Shown one piece after another: positions 31,526-41,368 of a stretch of DNA of 64,000 nucleotides; positions within the stretch are counted from its first letter, which is position 1; each line of letters begins with the position of its first letter. The position numbers and the translations under genes are program-made. This stretch comes from Burkholderiales bacterium (GTDB lineage Bacteria > Pseudomonadota > Gammaproteobacteria > Burkholderiales > SG8-41), in contig DATKOF010000011.1 of assembly GCA_035524795.1 (NCBI GenBank), positions 52,768 to 116,767 on the forward strand. Direction: 5' to 3'. The notes beneath the pieces are model-generated. The model was given only the letters and a program-made list of their open reading frames with translations. It had not been told where the DNA came from and ran no database searches.

Positions 31526-34500
31526 ATGAGCGGATTCGAGCTCGAGGAATTCAACCGCGCCGCGCTCGACCCGGCGCGCTCGGTGGTGGTCGAGGCGTGC
31601 GCCGGCAGCGGCAAGACCTGGCTGCTGGTGTCGCGCATCGTGCGGCTGCTGCTGGCCGGCGTCGCGCCGTCGCAGATCCTCGCCATCACTTTCACGCGCA
31701 AGGCCGCGCAGGAAATGGCGGCGCGCCTGCGCGACTGGCTCGAGGATCTGGCCGTGAAGGACGACGGCTGGGTGCGCGATTTCCTGCACGCGCGCGCGGT
31801 GCCCGAACACGAGCTTGATGTGCTGCAGGCGCGCGCGCGCGGCCTTTACGAAACTTTCCTGACCGCGCAGCCGCCGCTCACGATCGCGACCTTCCATGCA
31901 TGGTTCCTGCAATTGCTGAAGCGCGCGCCGCTCGATGCCGGTGCGCTCGGCGATGTTGCACTCGCCGAGCGTATGTCGGCGCTGATCGACGAAGCATGGC
32001 AGCGCTTTGCGCAGCAGCTGCAGCGAGGCAGCGGCACGCCAGCGGCGCGCGGCCTCGAACTGCTGTTCCACGACTACGGGCTCGACAATACGCGCCGGCT
32101 GCTCGTCAGTTTCCTGCAACGGCGCGGTGAATGGCGCGTCTTCGTCGACGTACGCGAGGGCGACGCCGCGGTCGCGTTCGCGCTCGCCGAATTCGCGCGC
32201 GACCTGGAAACGCCGCCCGATTTCGATGTCGTCGGAGCGCTGCTCGCGGACCGCGCCTTCGTCGCCGAGGTCGAAGAATTCGCCGATGGACTGGGCAGAA
32301 ACATCGCCAGGGATCAGCAATTCGCCGCGGCGTTGCGCGCCGCACCGGATGCGGCGGCGCGCTTTGCGGCGATCCGCGACGCGCTGTTCACCGGCGGCCA
32401 GGAGCCGCGCGTGCGCAAGCCGGGTGCAGCGCAGCAGAAACGGCTTGGCACCGACGGCGAAGCGCGCTTCCTCGCGCTGCACGAGCGGCTGGCCATGCGC
32501 GTCGGGCAGGCGCTGCGCCAGCTCGCCGACCAGCGCGCTTATCGCTTCAACGAAGCGGCGCTGCATTGCGGCGCCGCGCTGCTCGCCGCCTACGACGAGG
32601 TCAAGCGCGAACGGCGGGTCATCGACTACGCCGACATCGAGTCGCGCGCGTTCGAGCTGTTGTCGGGCGGCGACCACGCCGCCTATCTTCAGTGCAAGCT
32701 CGACAGCCGCTATCGCCATATCCTGGTCGACGAATTCCAGGATACCAATCCGCTGCAATGGCTGACGCTGAAGTCGTGGTTCGACGCCGCGGCCGACGCC
32801 GACGCGCGGCCGGTGGTGTTCCTGGTCGGCGATCCCAAGCAGTCGATCTACCGTTTCCGCCGCGCCGAGCCGCGGCTGTTCAGCGAAGCGGGCGAATACC
32901 TGTGCCGCCATTTCGATGCGCAGGTGCTGTTCCAGAACGAGTCGCGGCGCTGCGCGCCCGTGATCATCGCCGCGGTCAACCGCGTGTTCGAGGCCGAAGC
33001 CGCGTTCCAGGGCTTCAGCGAACACACCGCGCATTACGGCGGTCTGCCCGGCCGCGTCGAGGTGCTGCCGCTGGCGGCGGCGGATGCTGCCCCGCTGCCG
33101 ACGGTCGACGAACTTGCGTTGCGCGATCCGCTGACGATCCCGCGCGCCGTCGAGGAAGACCTGCGCCGCGAGCGCGAAGCTGCGCAACTGGTCGCACGCC
33201 TGCGCGCCATCGTCGGCCGCTGGGAAATCCGCGATGATCCGCACGGCGCACGCGGGCGCGCCGTGCGCTGGCGCGACGTGATGGTACTGGTGCGGCGGCG
33301 CACCCATCTCGCGATCTACGAACGCGCGCTGCGCCACGCCGGCATTCCGTTTCTGACCTCGCGCCAGGGTGGACTGTTCGACACGCTCGAAGCGCGCGAC
33401 ATGGCGGCGCTGCTCGAATTCCTGGTGTCGCCGTTTGCCGACCTCAGCCTCGCGCATGCGCTGCGCTCGCCGCTGTTCGGCTGCAGCGACGACGACCTGA
33501 TCGCGCTGGCGCAGGCGGAAGGGGAAAGCTGGTGGCAGCGATTGCAGATGATCGCGCGCAACGATGCTTCGCCGGCGTTGGCGCGCGCCCACCACCTGCT
33601 CGAAGCGTGGCTGGCGCGCGCCGGCACGCTGCCGGTGCACGACCAGCTCGACCGCATCTATTTCGAAGGCGACGCGCTGCGCCGTTATGAGGCATCGGCG
33701 CCGGCGGCGCTGCGCGCGACGGTCTCCGCCAATCTGCGCGCGTTCATGCAGCACGCGCTCGACGTCGACTCCGGCCGCTATCCGAGCCTGCCGCGCTTTC
33801 TCGACGAACTGCGCGACATGCGCGACGCGCCCGACGAGGAAGCGCCCGATGAAGGCGCGGTCGGCGATGCCGCCGATGCGGTGCGCATCCATACCATTCA
33901 CGGCGCGAAGGGACTCGAAGCGCCGGTGGTGTGGCTGCTCGACTGCGCGGCGGGCGGCGACCGCACCGAGGCTTACGCCACGCTCGTCGATTGGCCGGTC
34001 GCTGCCGCCGCGCCGCGGCAGATTTCACTGCGCGCACGGCAGGACGAGCTGTCGGCGGCGCAGCGCCGGCAGCTGCAGGAAGACGCCGCGCACGCCGAGC
34101 GCGAGGACTGGAACCTGCTCTACGTTGCAATGACGCGCGCGCGGCAGGCGCTGCTGGTCAGCGGCTGCGACGGGCGCGGCGCCGGCGATTCGTGGTATGT
34201 AAGCCTGCGCGCCGCGCTGGCGCGCGCCGGCGCGGAGGAGAGCGGAAGCGCGGATGTACTCGTGCTCGGCGCAGCGCTTGAGCCCGTGCAGCCCGCTGCC
34301 GCTGCCGCCGCGGCGCACGCAGTCGATATCGGGGCCGCCGCCGAACCGCCGCCCGAATTGCTGCGCCCGCTGCCGACCGGCGTGCGCGAGGCCGTCGTGG
34401 CCGGTCGCGGCGCGCGCTACGGCGTGCTGTTCCACGCGCTGATGGAGCGGCTGGCGGCGGATCCCGCGCTCGCGCGCGCCGCCGCGCTGCGCGAACTCGG

Positions 34501-34885
34501 CGCGCAGGGCTTTGACCAGCGCGACATGACAGCCGCGTGGGAACAGGCGCACAATCTGCTCGCGCGGACTGAACTCGCGCGCTTTTTCGACGCCCAACGT
34601 CATGTGCGCGCGCTGAACGAAGCGCCGGTGATCGACGCCGAAGGGCGCGTGCAGCGCATCGACCGCCTCGTCGAGTTCACCGACGAATGGTGGGTGCTCG
34701 ACTACAAGACCGATGTGCTGCCCGCGGCGGCGGGAGCGGACGCGGTGGCCGCCGCCGCGGAGCCGTACCGCGCGCAGCTCGCCGTCTACCGCGAAGCGGT
34801 GCGCCGTTTGCAGCCGGGCAAACGCGTGCAGGCGGCGGTCCTGTTTTCCGGCGGACAGCTGTACCCGTTCGACTTCAAGGACTGA
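31526..34885 (+). CDS. addA: AddA-like UvrD helicase-nuclease
   Basis: ACAGSGKT, AITFTRKAA, LVDEFQDT, VGDPKQSIYRFR, TIHGAKGLE, LYVAMTRA, RIDRL..DYKT. Confidence 0.9.
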   Translation: MSGFELEEFNRAALDPARSVVVEACAGSGKTWLLVSRIVRLLLAGVAPSQILAITFTRKAAQEMAARLRDWLEDLAVKDDGWVRDFLHARAVPEHELDVLQARARGLYETFLTAQPPLTIATFHAWFLQLLKRAPLDAGALGDVALAERMSALIDEAWQRFAQQLQRGSGTPAARGLELLFHDYGLDNTRRLLVSFLQRRGEWRVFVDVREGDAAVAFALAEFARDLETPPDFDVVGALLADRAFVAEVEEFADGLGRNIARDQQFAAALRAAPDAAARFAAIRDALFTGGQEPRVRKPGAAQQKRLGTDGEARFLALHERLAMRVGQALRQLADQRAYRFNEAALHCGAALLAAYDEVKRERRVIDYADIESRAFELLSGGDHAAYLQCKLDSRYRHILVDEFQDTNPLQWLTLKSWFDAAADADARPVVFLVGDPKQSIYRFRRAEPRLFSEAGEYLCRHFDAQVLFQNESRRCAPVIIAAVNRVFEAEAAFQGFSEHTAHYGGLPGRVEVLPLAAADAAPLPTVDELALRDPLTIPRAVEEDLRREREAAQLVARLRAIVGRWEIRDDPHGARGRAVRWRDVMVLVRRRTHLAIYERALRHAGIPFLTSRQGGLFDTLEARDMAALLEFLVSPFADLSLAHALRSPLFGCSDDDLIALAQAEGESWWQRLQMIARNDASPALARAHHLLEAWLARAGTLPVHDQLDRIYFEGDALRRYEASAPAALRATVSANLRAFMQHALDVDSGRYPSLPRFLDELRDMRDAPDEEAPDEGAVGDAADAVRIHTIHGAKGLEAPVVWLLDCAAGGDRTEAYATLVDWPVAAAAPRQISLRARQDELSAAQRRQLQEDAAHAEREDWNLLYVAMTRARQALLVSGCDGRGAGDSWYVSLRAALARAGAEESGSADVLVLGAALEPVQPAAAAAAAHAVDIGAAAEPPPELLRPLPTGVREAVVAGRGARYGVLFHALMERLAADPALARAAALRELGAQGFDQRDMTAAWEQAHNLLARTELARFFDAQRHVRALNEAPVIDAEGRVQRIDRLVEFTDEWWVLDYKTDVLPAAAGADAVAAAAEPYRAQLAVYREAVRRLQPGKRVQAAVLFSGGQLYPFDFKD

Positions 34886-34889
34886 ACCG

Positions 34890-35498
34890 ATGCTGCCGAC
34901 CGTCACGCGCGCCCTGATCATCATCAACGTTCTGGTGTTTTTCGCCGAGTCTCAGCTCGGCGACTCCCTGATCATGAATTTCGCGCTGTGGCCGATCGGC
35001 ACGCCGCAATCGTCCGGCACGCTCGGCTTCCAGCCGTGGCAGATCGTCACCTACAGCTTCCTGCACGGCGGGTTCGAACACATCTTCTTCAACATGTTCG
35101 CGCTGTTCATGTTCGGCGGACAGGTCGAGCTGCTGATCGGCGCCAAGCGTTATTTCAACCTCTACTTCGCATCGGTGATCACCGCCGCGCTCACGCAGCT
35201 TGCGGTTGCCGCGCTCGCCGGCGGCGAGCCCTATCCGACGCTCGGCGCGTCGGGCGGCGTGTTCGGTCTGCTGCTTGCCTACGGCTATTATTTTCCGAAC
35301 CGGATGGTGATGCTGGTGATCCCGCCGATCCCGATGCGGGCGCGCACGCTGGTGATCGTCTACGGCGCGCTCGAACTTTTTCTCGGCGTCACCGGTGCGC
35401 AGGCCAGCGTCGCGCATTTCGCGCATCTCGGCGGCATGCTCGGCGCCTGGCTGGTCATCAAGCACTGGCGCGGCGGCGGGCCGCAAAGACTGACTTGA
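34890..35498 (+). CDS. rhomboid intramembrane serine protease
   Basis: PWQIVTYSFLH, HIFFNM, GASGG, AHFAHLGG. Confidence 0.92.
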   Translation: MLPTVTRALIIINVLVFFAESQLGDSLIMNFALWPIGTPQSSGTLGFQPWQIVTYSFLHGGFEHIFFNMFALFMFGGQVELLIGAKRYFNLYFASVITAALTQLAVAALAGGEPYPTLGASGGVFGLLLAYGYYFPNRMVMLVIPPIPMRARTLVIVYGALELFLGVTGAQASVAHFAHLGGMLGAWLVIKHWRGGGPQRLT

Positions 35499-35551
35499 TT
35501 GCACAGAATCAAGATCTCACCCGCGCGCAGACTGTTTCACCGAATTGCCGG

Positions 35552-35755
35552 TCAGAGCGGCCTGATATTGGTCGCTTTCGGGCCCCTTGCGCCGCTCACT
35601 ACATCGAAGGCCATCTTCTGCGCTTCCTTGAGGCTCTTGAAGCCGCTGCTCTGAATCGTCGAGAAGTGCGCAAAGAGGTCCCTGCCGCCGCCGTCGGGCA
35701 TGATGAAGCCGAAGCCCTTGGCGTTGTTGAAACATTTCGCGATACCCGTGCTCAT
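35552..35755 (-). CDS. cold-shock domain protein, degenerate
   Basis: RNP1 KGFGFI, RNP2 LFAHFS; conserved KWF reads KCF. Confidence 0.75.
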   Translation of the reverse strand: MSTGIAKCFNNAKGFGFIMPDGGGRDLFAHFSTIQSSGFKSLKEAQKMAFDVVSGARGPKATNIRPL

Positions 35756-35822
35756 GACGGTCTTTTCTGAAAGAATAAAATAAATGAACGATCTCTGCCG
35801 GATAGCGGGTCCTTCGAGTGTT

Positions 35823-36710
35823 TTACTGGCCTTGCTGCTGCTTTACCGCCTGAACTTCGATTTCCACTCGCCGGTCGGGCTGCAGGCAGGCGATCAATTT
35901 CTGGCGCGTGCCGGTGCAGGTGTTGCCGGTGACCGGATCGCTCTTGCCCCTGCCCTCGGCATGTATGCGGTCGGCAGCGATGCCTTTGCCGGCCAGATAA
36001 TCCTTGACCGCGTTGGCCCGTTTGACCGACAGCTTTTTGTTGTAGGTATCTGAGCCGAGTCGATCGGTATAGCCGACCACCGAGATCGTGTCGTAACTGG
36101 CGCCGTCCAGACTGCTGGCGAAAGCGTCAAGCTTGCTCCGGCCTTCCGGCTTGAGCGTTGCCTTGTCGAAATCAAACAGCGCGTCTGCCGACAGCGTCAG
36201 TTTTTGCGGTGGCAGGGGCGGTGGCGGCGGTGGCGGAGGAGCCTCGACGACCGGCTGGGCCGCGAAGCGGCAGATGCCGGCGTTGATCTGTCCGCGGATT
36301 TCGCCCGCGGGATAGGCGGCGCTGTGCACGTTGATGTACAGGCCCGCGGCCCGGAAGCTTGCGTACTGGCTGGGTGTCAGCCTGGCTCCGTACGGCACCG
36401 CCCAAACATTGTCCGAGACTTGAACCAGGTTGATGATTACCGGCCCATTGACGCCGACCGCTCCTTCGCTGATGTCGACCGAGGTCGCCGCGATGCCGTG
36501 GAGCGTCACGGTGCCGGTCACCCAGCCGCCTTCGCCGAAGTCGAGGTCGGCGCGTCCGGTCGCCTGAGTCCGGACTTCAGGCACCTCCATCACACCGCCT
36601 ACATCGATCTGGGCGTTTTCCTTGACGCCGGACGTGGCGCAGCCGCCCATCATCGCCGCGGCGAGCAGGCATACGGAAATAGCGAGAAATTTTTCGACGG
36701 CGATCTTCAT
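35823..36710 (-). CDS. lipoprotein with CHRD domain, Pro linker and OmpA-like peptidoglycan-binding domain
   Basis: lipobox-like MMGG-C, CHRD motifs EVPEV..ATG and GLYINVHSAAYPAGEIRGQI, PPPPPPP linker, LFDFDKA..GYTDRLGS..YN..LS..RA..DRRVEI. Confidence 0.85.
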   Translation of the reverse strand: MKIAVEKFLAISVCLLAAAMMGGCATSGVKENAQIDVGGVMEVPEVRTQATGRADLDFGEGGWVTGTVTLHGIAATSVDISEGAVGVNGPVIINLVQVSDNVWAVPYGARLTPSQYASFRAAGLYINVHSAAYPAGEIRGQINAGICRFAAQPVVEAPPPPPPPPLPPQKLTLSADALFDFDKATLKPEGRSKLDAFASSLDGASYDTISVVGYTDRLGSDTYNKKLSVKRANAVKDYLAGKGIAADRIHAEGRGKSDPVTGNTCTGTRQKLIACLQPDRRVEIEVQAVKQQQGQ

Positions 36711-36769
36711 TTTTTAGCCCTCTCAAAAAGCATTATCAGAGCAAATGGCAACCCCGGAACAAATTCAGC

Positions 36770-37024
36770 TCATTCAGCCCCCGCTTGCGGCGGCCACAGG
36801 AAAACGACATCGGTGTGTTTTCCGTTGCGGACCCAGACGGTTTTTTGCAGCGTGGTACCGCCGTATTCAGCCTTGACCCGGTATTTGCCGTTGGGCGCCG
36901 CCGCGTTCTGGTCGCTCCCGGCGTTCGGCGTCGCCGTTGCTGCGCCGGCTAACGTCGCCAAAATCAACGTTATTCCCCATCGGGCCACTGCTCTGTCGAT
37001 GCCGTTCATGTCTCTCAATTCCAT
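36770..37024 (-). CDS. short secreted hypothetical protein, possibly internally deleted
   Basis: signal peptide followed directly by GKYRVKAEYGG..KTV.V...VFLWP, resembling the C-terminal half of carboxypeptidase-regulatory-like beta-sandwich proteins. Confidence 0.45.
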   Translation of the reverse strand: MELRDMNGIDRAVARWGITLILATLAGAATATPNAGSDQNAAAPNGKYRVKAEYGGTTLQKTVWVRNGKHTDVVFLWPPQAGAE

Positions 37025-37390
37025 TTTTGGTTGTTCATTATTCCACTAACTGGCGCAAGGGGGTGAGAGGGTTTTTTCTGAAGAAATTGTAAGAAAAAGA
37101 TGACAATTGCATCGCGGCCAATAAACAATGGCTTATTGGCGAAACCGTTTCATTTTGTAAATAAAAAAGGCCGTTGTCCGGGCTCCTAAGGCCTCGAATC
37201 ACCGGCTCAAGCAGGTTGATGATGGTTGCCTCAGGCCTTTCGGGCTGGCGGCGACGTCGGGGGGGGCTGCCACGCTTCCTTAAGGCGCTTGGAGCTACTG
37301 TCCGGGATCGCCGGAGAATTCACGAAGAGGCCTTGCCGCTGTTTGCGCGCAGCGCTTGCCGCACGCACGCCGCCGCGCTACCGTTTCATC

Positions 37391-39214
37391 ATGGATGAAA
37401 CTGCTACCGACGAAGAGTGCCCTGGTATCGGTACGTTGACGTGGCGCGCCAAGTACCGGCGCTATACCGACGATGGCAAAGCCGAGCGCACTGTCGCCGA
37501 TACCTGGCGCCGCGTTGCGCACGCGCTGGCGCAGGCCGAGGTGCCGGCGCAGCGCGCCGAGTGGGAGCAGCGCTTTTACGCGACCCTCGAAAACTTCCGC
37601 TTTCTGCCGGGCGGGCGCATCCTGGCTGGCGCCGGCACTGCGCAGCGCGTGACGCTGTTCAACTGCTTCGTGATGGGCGAGCTCGACGATTCGCTCGACG
37701 GCATTTTCGACGGCCTCAAGGAGGGCGCGCTGACGATGCAGCAGGGCGGCGGCGTCGGTTACGATTTTTCGACGTTGCGGCCGGGAGGGATCCCCGCGCG
37801 CAATTCAGGCGTCGTCGCGTCGGGTCCGGTATCGTTCATGCGAATCTGGGACGCGATGTGTGCGACGATCCTGTCGACCGGCGCGCGGCGCGGTGCGATG
37901 ATGGCGACGCTGCGCTGCGACCATCCCGACATCGAGGACTTCATCGCGGCCAAGCACGCGGCCGGCGAACTGCGGCATTTCAACCTGTCGGTGCTGGTCA
38001 CCGACGATTTCATGGACGCGGTCGGGCACGACGCCGAGTGGCCGCTGGTGTTTCCGCTCGCCGAGGCCGGCGCCGAAACGGTCATGCGCGAATGGCCGGG
38101 CGCGTCCAACCCGCGCGCATGCACGGTGCTGCGCCGCGTGCGCGCCCGTGCGCTGTGGGATGCGATCATGCGCGCGAACTACGACTACGCCGAGCCGGGC
38201 GTGATTTTCATCGACCGCGTGCAGCGTCTCGACAACCTGTATTACTGCGAACGCATCAGCGCGACCAATCCGTGCGGCGAGATTCCGTTGCCACCGTACG
38301 GCGCGTGCGATCTCGGTTCGATCAATCTGACGCAGTTCGTGCGCGAACCATTCACACCACGGGCGCGGCTCGACCTCGACACAATCGCGGACACCGCGGC
38401 GGTCGCGGCGCGGCTGCTCGACAATGTCTACGAGGTCGCGAATTTTCCGCTGCCGGCGCAGCGCGACACCGCGCGCTCATCGCGCCGCATCGGGCTCGGC
38501 ATCACCGGGCTCGCCGATGCATTGCTGATGCTCGGCGTGCGCTACGACAGCGCGCAGGCGCGCGATGTCGCCGCGCAGGCGATGCGCACGATCTGCCACA
38601 GCGCCTGGCGCGCGTCAGTCGCGGCCGCGCGCGAAAAGGGCGCGTTCCCGCTGTTCGCCGCCGACCCATATCTGCGCGGCGAGTTCGTGCGCGCGCTGCC
38701 GCCGGACATCCGCGACGCGATCGCAGCGCACGGCATCCGTAACAGCCACCTGACGGCAATCGCGCCGGCCGGCACCATCAGCCTGCTCGCGGACAACGTG
38801 TCGAGCGGCATCGAGCCGATTTTTGCGGCGCGCTTTCAGCGCAACGCGCGACTGGCCAGCGGCGAGGTGCAGACGCTCGAAGTCGCCGACTATGCGTGCC
38901 GGCGCTACCGCGAACTGAAACACGACGCGGAGGCGCTGCCGCCGGCGCTGGTGACCGCGACCGGAATCGCGCCGCAGGCGCAGATCGCATTGCAGGCGGC
39001 GTTGCAGCCCTATGTGGACAATGCGATCTCGAAGACCGTCAACGTCGCCGAGGATATCGGCTTCGATGCGTTCAAATCGGTGTACGAAGACGCCTATGCA
39101 TCCGGTCTCAAGGGCTGCACCACGTTCCGTCCGAATCCGGTGACCGGTGCGATCCTGATCGCCGAGCCGGCGCCGCCGGCGCATTGCTGCTCGGTCGAGC
39201 GCGAAGCCGACTGA
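37391..39214 (+). CDS. nrdJ: adenosylcobalamin-dependent (class II) ribonucleotide reductase
   Basis: FLPGGRIL, TLFNC, GVGYDFSTLRP, RRGA.M, EPG, ATNPCGEIPL..YGACDLGS, IAPAGTIS, SSGIEP, ISKT, KGCT; C-terminal CC. Confidence 0.9.
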   Translation: MDETATDEECPGIGTLTWRAKYRRYTDDGKAERTVADTWRRVAHALAQAEVPAQRAEWEQRFYATLENFRFLPGGRILAGAGTAQRVTLFNCFVMGELDDSLDGIFDGLKEGALTMQQGGGVGYDFSTLRPGGIPARNSGVVASGPVSFMRIWDAMCATILSTGARRGAMMATLRCDHPDIEDFIAAKHAAGELRHFNLSVLVTDDFMDAVGHDAEWPLVFPLAEAGAETVMREWPGASNPRACTVLRRVRARALWDAIMRANYDYAEPGVIFIDRVQRLDNLYYCERISATNPCGEIPLPPYGACDLGSINLTQFVREPFTPRARLDLDTIADTAAVAARLLDNVYEVANFPLPAQRDTARSSRRIGLGITGLADALLMLGVRYDSAQARDVAAQAMRTICHSAWRASVAAAREKGAFPLFAADPYLRGEFVRALPPDIRDAIAAHGIRNSHLTAIAPAGTISLLADNVSSGIEPIFAARFQRNARLASGEVQTLEVADYACRRYRELKHDAEALPPALVTATGIAPQAQIALQAALQPYVDNAISKTVNVAEDIGFDAFKSVYEDAYASGLKGCTTFRPNPVTGAILIAEPAPPAHCCSVEREAD

Positions 39215-39227
39215 CGCGGACGAACGA

Positions 39228-40121
39228 TCAAAGCCAGGCGGCGCCGCGCACGCCGCCCGAATCGCCGTGCGCGTTGCGCACGAGCCGGGTGCGCACGATG
39301 TCGGTGAACGCCCAGCGCCCCCATAGCTGCGGCACGTTATCGTAAAGGCGCGCAACGTTGGACACGCCGCCGCCGAGTACGATGACATCCGGATCGAGCA
39401 CGTTGATGATCGAGGCCAGCGCCCGCGCCAGCCGATTTTCATAGCGGCGCAGCGTGGCGTCGGCGGCGGGGTCGCCGTCCGCCGCGCAGCGCGTAATCTC
39501 GTCCGCAGTGAGGCGCGCATCAGAGTATTTTTCGTGGTCGCGCGCGAGCCCGGGCCCCGACAGGAAAGTCTCGATGCAGCCGTGCTTGCCGCAGTAGCAG
39601 AGCGGGCCCGGACGCTCGCGGTCTTCCGCCCACGGCAGCGGGTTGTGCCCCCATTCGCCGGCCGCGACGTTGGGGCCGGTCAGCGCCCGGCCGTCGACGA
39701 CGATGCCGCCGCCGACGCCGGTGCCGAGGATCACGCCGAACACGACTGCGGCGCCGCGCCCGGCGCCGTCCACCGCCTCCGACAGCGCGAAGCAGTTGGC
39801 GTCGTTGGCGAGCCGCACTTCGCGGCCGAGCGCGCGCTCGATGTCGGGCTGGAACAGTTTGCCGTTCAGGCAACGCGAGTTGGAGTTGCGCATCAGACCG
39901 GTGGTCGGCGACGGCGCGCCGGGCGTGCCGATGCCGACGCTCGCCGCAGGGCCGACCGCGGTCTCCGCCTCGTGCACCAGACGCGCGATCAGCGCCAGTG
40001 TCGCTGCATAATCGTCGACCGGCGTCGCTTCGCGCCGGCGCAGCAGCGCGTTGCCGCCGGCATCGAGCGCGATGATTTCGGTCTTGGTGCCGCCGACGTC
40101 GATGCCGATGCGGACGGTCAT
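39228..40121 (-). CDS. ROK-family sugar kinase (Mak/fructokinase-like)
   Basis: GIDVGGTK, NDANCFALSE, LGTGVGGG, GEWGH, CYCGKHGCIE. Confidence 0.9.
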   Translation of the reverse strand: MTVRIGIDVGGTKTEIIALDAGGNALLRRREATPVDDYAATLALIARLVHEAETAVGPAASVGIGTPGAPSPTTGLMRNSNSRCLNGKLFQPDIERALGREVRLANDANCFALSEAVDGAGRGAAVVFGVILGTGVGGGIVVDGRALTGPNVAAGEWGHNPLPWAEDRERPGPLCYCGKHGCIETFLSGPGLARDHEKYSDARLTADEITRCAADGDPAADATLRRYENRLARALASIINVLDPDVIVLGGGVSNVARLYDNVPQLWGRWAFTDIVRTRLVRNAHGDSGGVRGAAWL

Positions 40122-40131
40122 CGTATCAACG

Positions 40132-40512
40132 TCACGGCATCTGGATTTTGCCGCCCGGCGGCAGACCGCCGCTCTGGGGGATCACGATCGAAGACGCTGC
40201 CTGCCGGCGCATCTCCTGCAGTTCCTTGACGGCGTGCTCGACGCCTTCCTTGGCGGCCGCGCCGTAGTTTTTGATCGCTTCATCGAGCGTGACCGCCTGG
40301 ATTTCGAACGTAACCGGCAGCGCGCCGACCGGGGTCAGAATCTGCGCTTCGCCGACGTAGAGCGTGGTGCGCGAGACGTCGTCCGTGCCGTCGCTTTTGA
40401 CCGGCCGCATGACGCGGATGGTGCCGACCTTACGGTCGGTATAGATGTCTTCGCGATAGACGCCGCCGGCGTCCATTTTAAAGTCCGGGTTTCTTGCCTC
40501 CTGTTGGGCCAT
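40132..40512 (-). CDS. conserved hypothetical cytoplasmic protein
   Basis: YREDIYTDRKVGTIR..PV..DG...YVGEAQ.LTP.G.LP, coding-like composition, 126 aa. Confidence 0.75.
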   Translation of the reverse strand: MAQQEARNPDFKMDAGGVYREDIYTDRKVGTIRVMRPVKSDGTDDVSRTTLYVGEAQILTPVGALPVTFEIQAVTLDEAIKNYGAAAKEGVEHAVKELQEMRRQAASSIVIPQSGGLPPGGKIQMP

Positions 40513-40672
40513 GATTTGCCTCGCCTGTTTTTGTGGTGCAAAACCGTAAGCGTAGCAGAACCAGCGATCGGAAATTATTCGGCGGGCCGCTTGACGCCGC
40601 AAACCAACTCGCGCAGGCTTGCCAGGCGGCGCTGGCGAGGGCCGCGCAACCAGGAGGAAGGAGGACGCGGAA

Positions 40673-40879
40673 ATGCAACCCAACGTCGGGAAAATAGATC
40701 GCGCCATTCGTGTAGTGGCGGGGCTCGCGCTGCTGAGCCTGCTGTTCGTGTTGCCAGGGAACGCCCGCTGGTGGGGGCTGCTCGGGGTACCGCTACTGGT
40801 CACCGCCTTCGTGCGCTGGTGCCCCGGTTATGCGCTGATCGGCGCCAGCACCGACGGCGGCGCGCCGGACGCGAAGTGA
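40673..40879 (+). CDS. DUF2892/YgaP-like small membrane protein
   Basis: NVGKIDRAIR, two TM, WCPGY..G.ST; strong GGAGG RBS. Confidence 0.85.
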   Translation: MQPNVGKIDRAIRVVAGLALLSLLFVLPGNARWWGLLGVPLLVTAFVRWCPGYALIGASTDGGAPDAK

Positions 40880-41247
40880 ACGCGCGGTCCGGATGGCTGC
40901 TCGGCGCGTGGGCCTGCGCCGGCATCGTCTGTGCGCAGGCCCCGGTCGAAGACGGCCGCCGGACGCTGGACGCAGTGCTCGATGCGCAGCAGAAAGCGGG
41001 TGCTGCCTATCACGACTGGCAGGACGCACAGGCCGAGCGTGCGCGGTCGGAAGAAGAATTCAAACAGGCGACCGCAGCCTATCAGTCCGCGCGGCAGCAA
41101 CTGAACGAAAGCGATCAGCGTGTCGCAGCCGCGAAGAAAGCGCTGGAGGCGGCGCAAACGCGGGAAGCTGCGGCGCGCAGCGCTTACGACAAGGCGACTG
41201 CCACGGTCGATCGGGCATGGGGCAAGAAAGCGCCGGCCGGAAAATGA
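40876..41247 (+). CDS. secreted coiled-coil hypothetical protein
   Basis: GTG start overlapping DUF2892 stop, signal-like N-terminus, Ala/Gln/Glu-rich heptads. Confidence 0.6.
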   Translation: MNARSGWLLGAWACAGIVCAQAPVEDGRRTLDAVLDAQQKAGAAYHDWQDAQAERARSEEEFKQATAAYQSARQQLNESDQRVAAAKKALEAAQTREAAARSAYDKATATVDRAWGKKAPAGK

Positions 41248-41334
41248 TGTGAGCGCAAGAAAACGTAATATGCCATTGAAAAATAAATGTAAGTTTATTT
41301 TTTGTAAAAATTTATTGCATAGCAGCAGAAATGC

Positions 41335-41363
41335 TTGCATGAAGTGGCCTGTTCACGCATAAT
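41335..41363 (+). promoter_or_regulatory. sigma70 promoter of the sRNA
   Basis: TTGCAT-17 nt-CATAAT with AT-rich upstream region. Confidence 0.7.
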
Positions 41364-41368
41364 GAAAC

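Noticed and set aside
29243..33901. 1552-aa minus-strand ORF
   Set aside because: Antisense shadow of addB/addA caused by high-GC codon bias; no recognisable motifs
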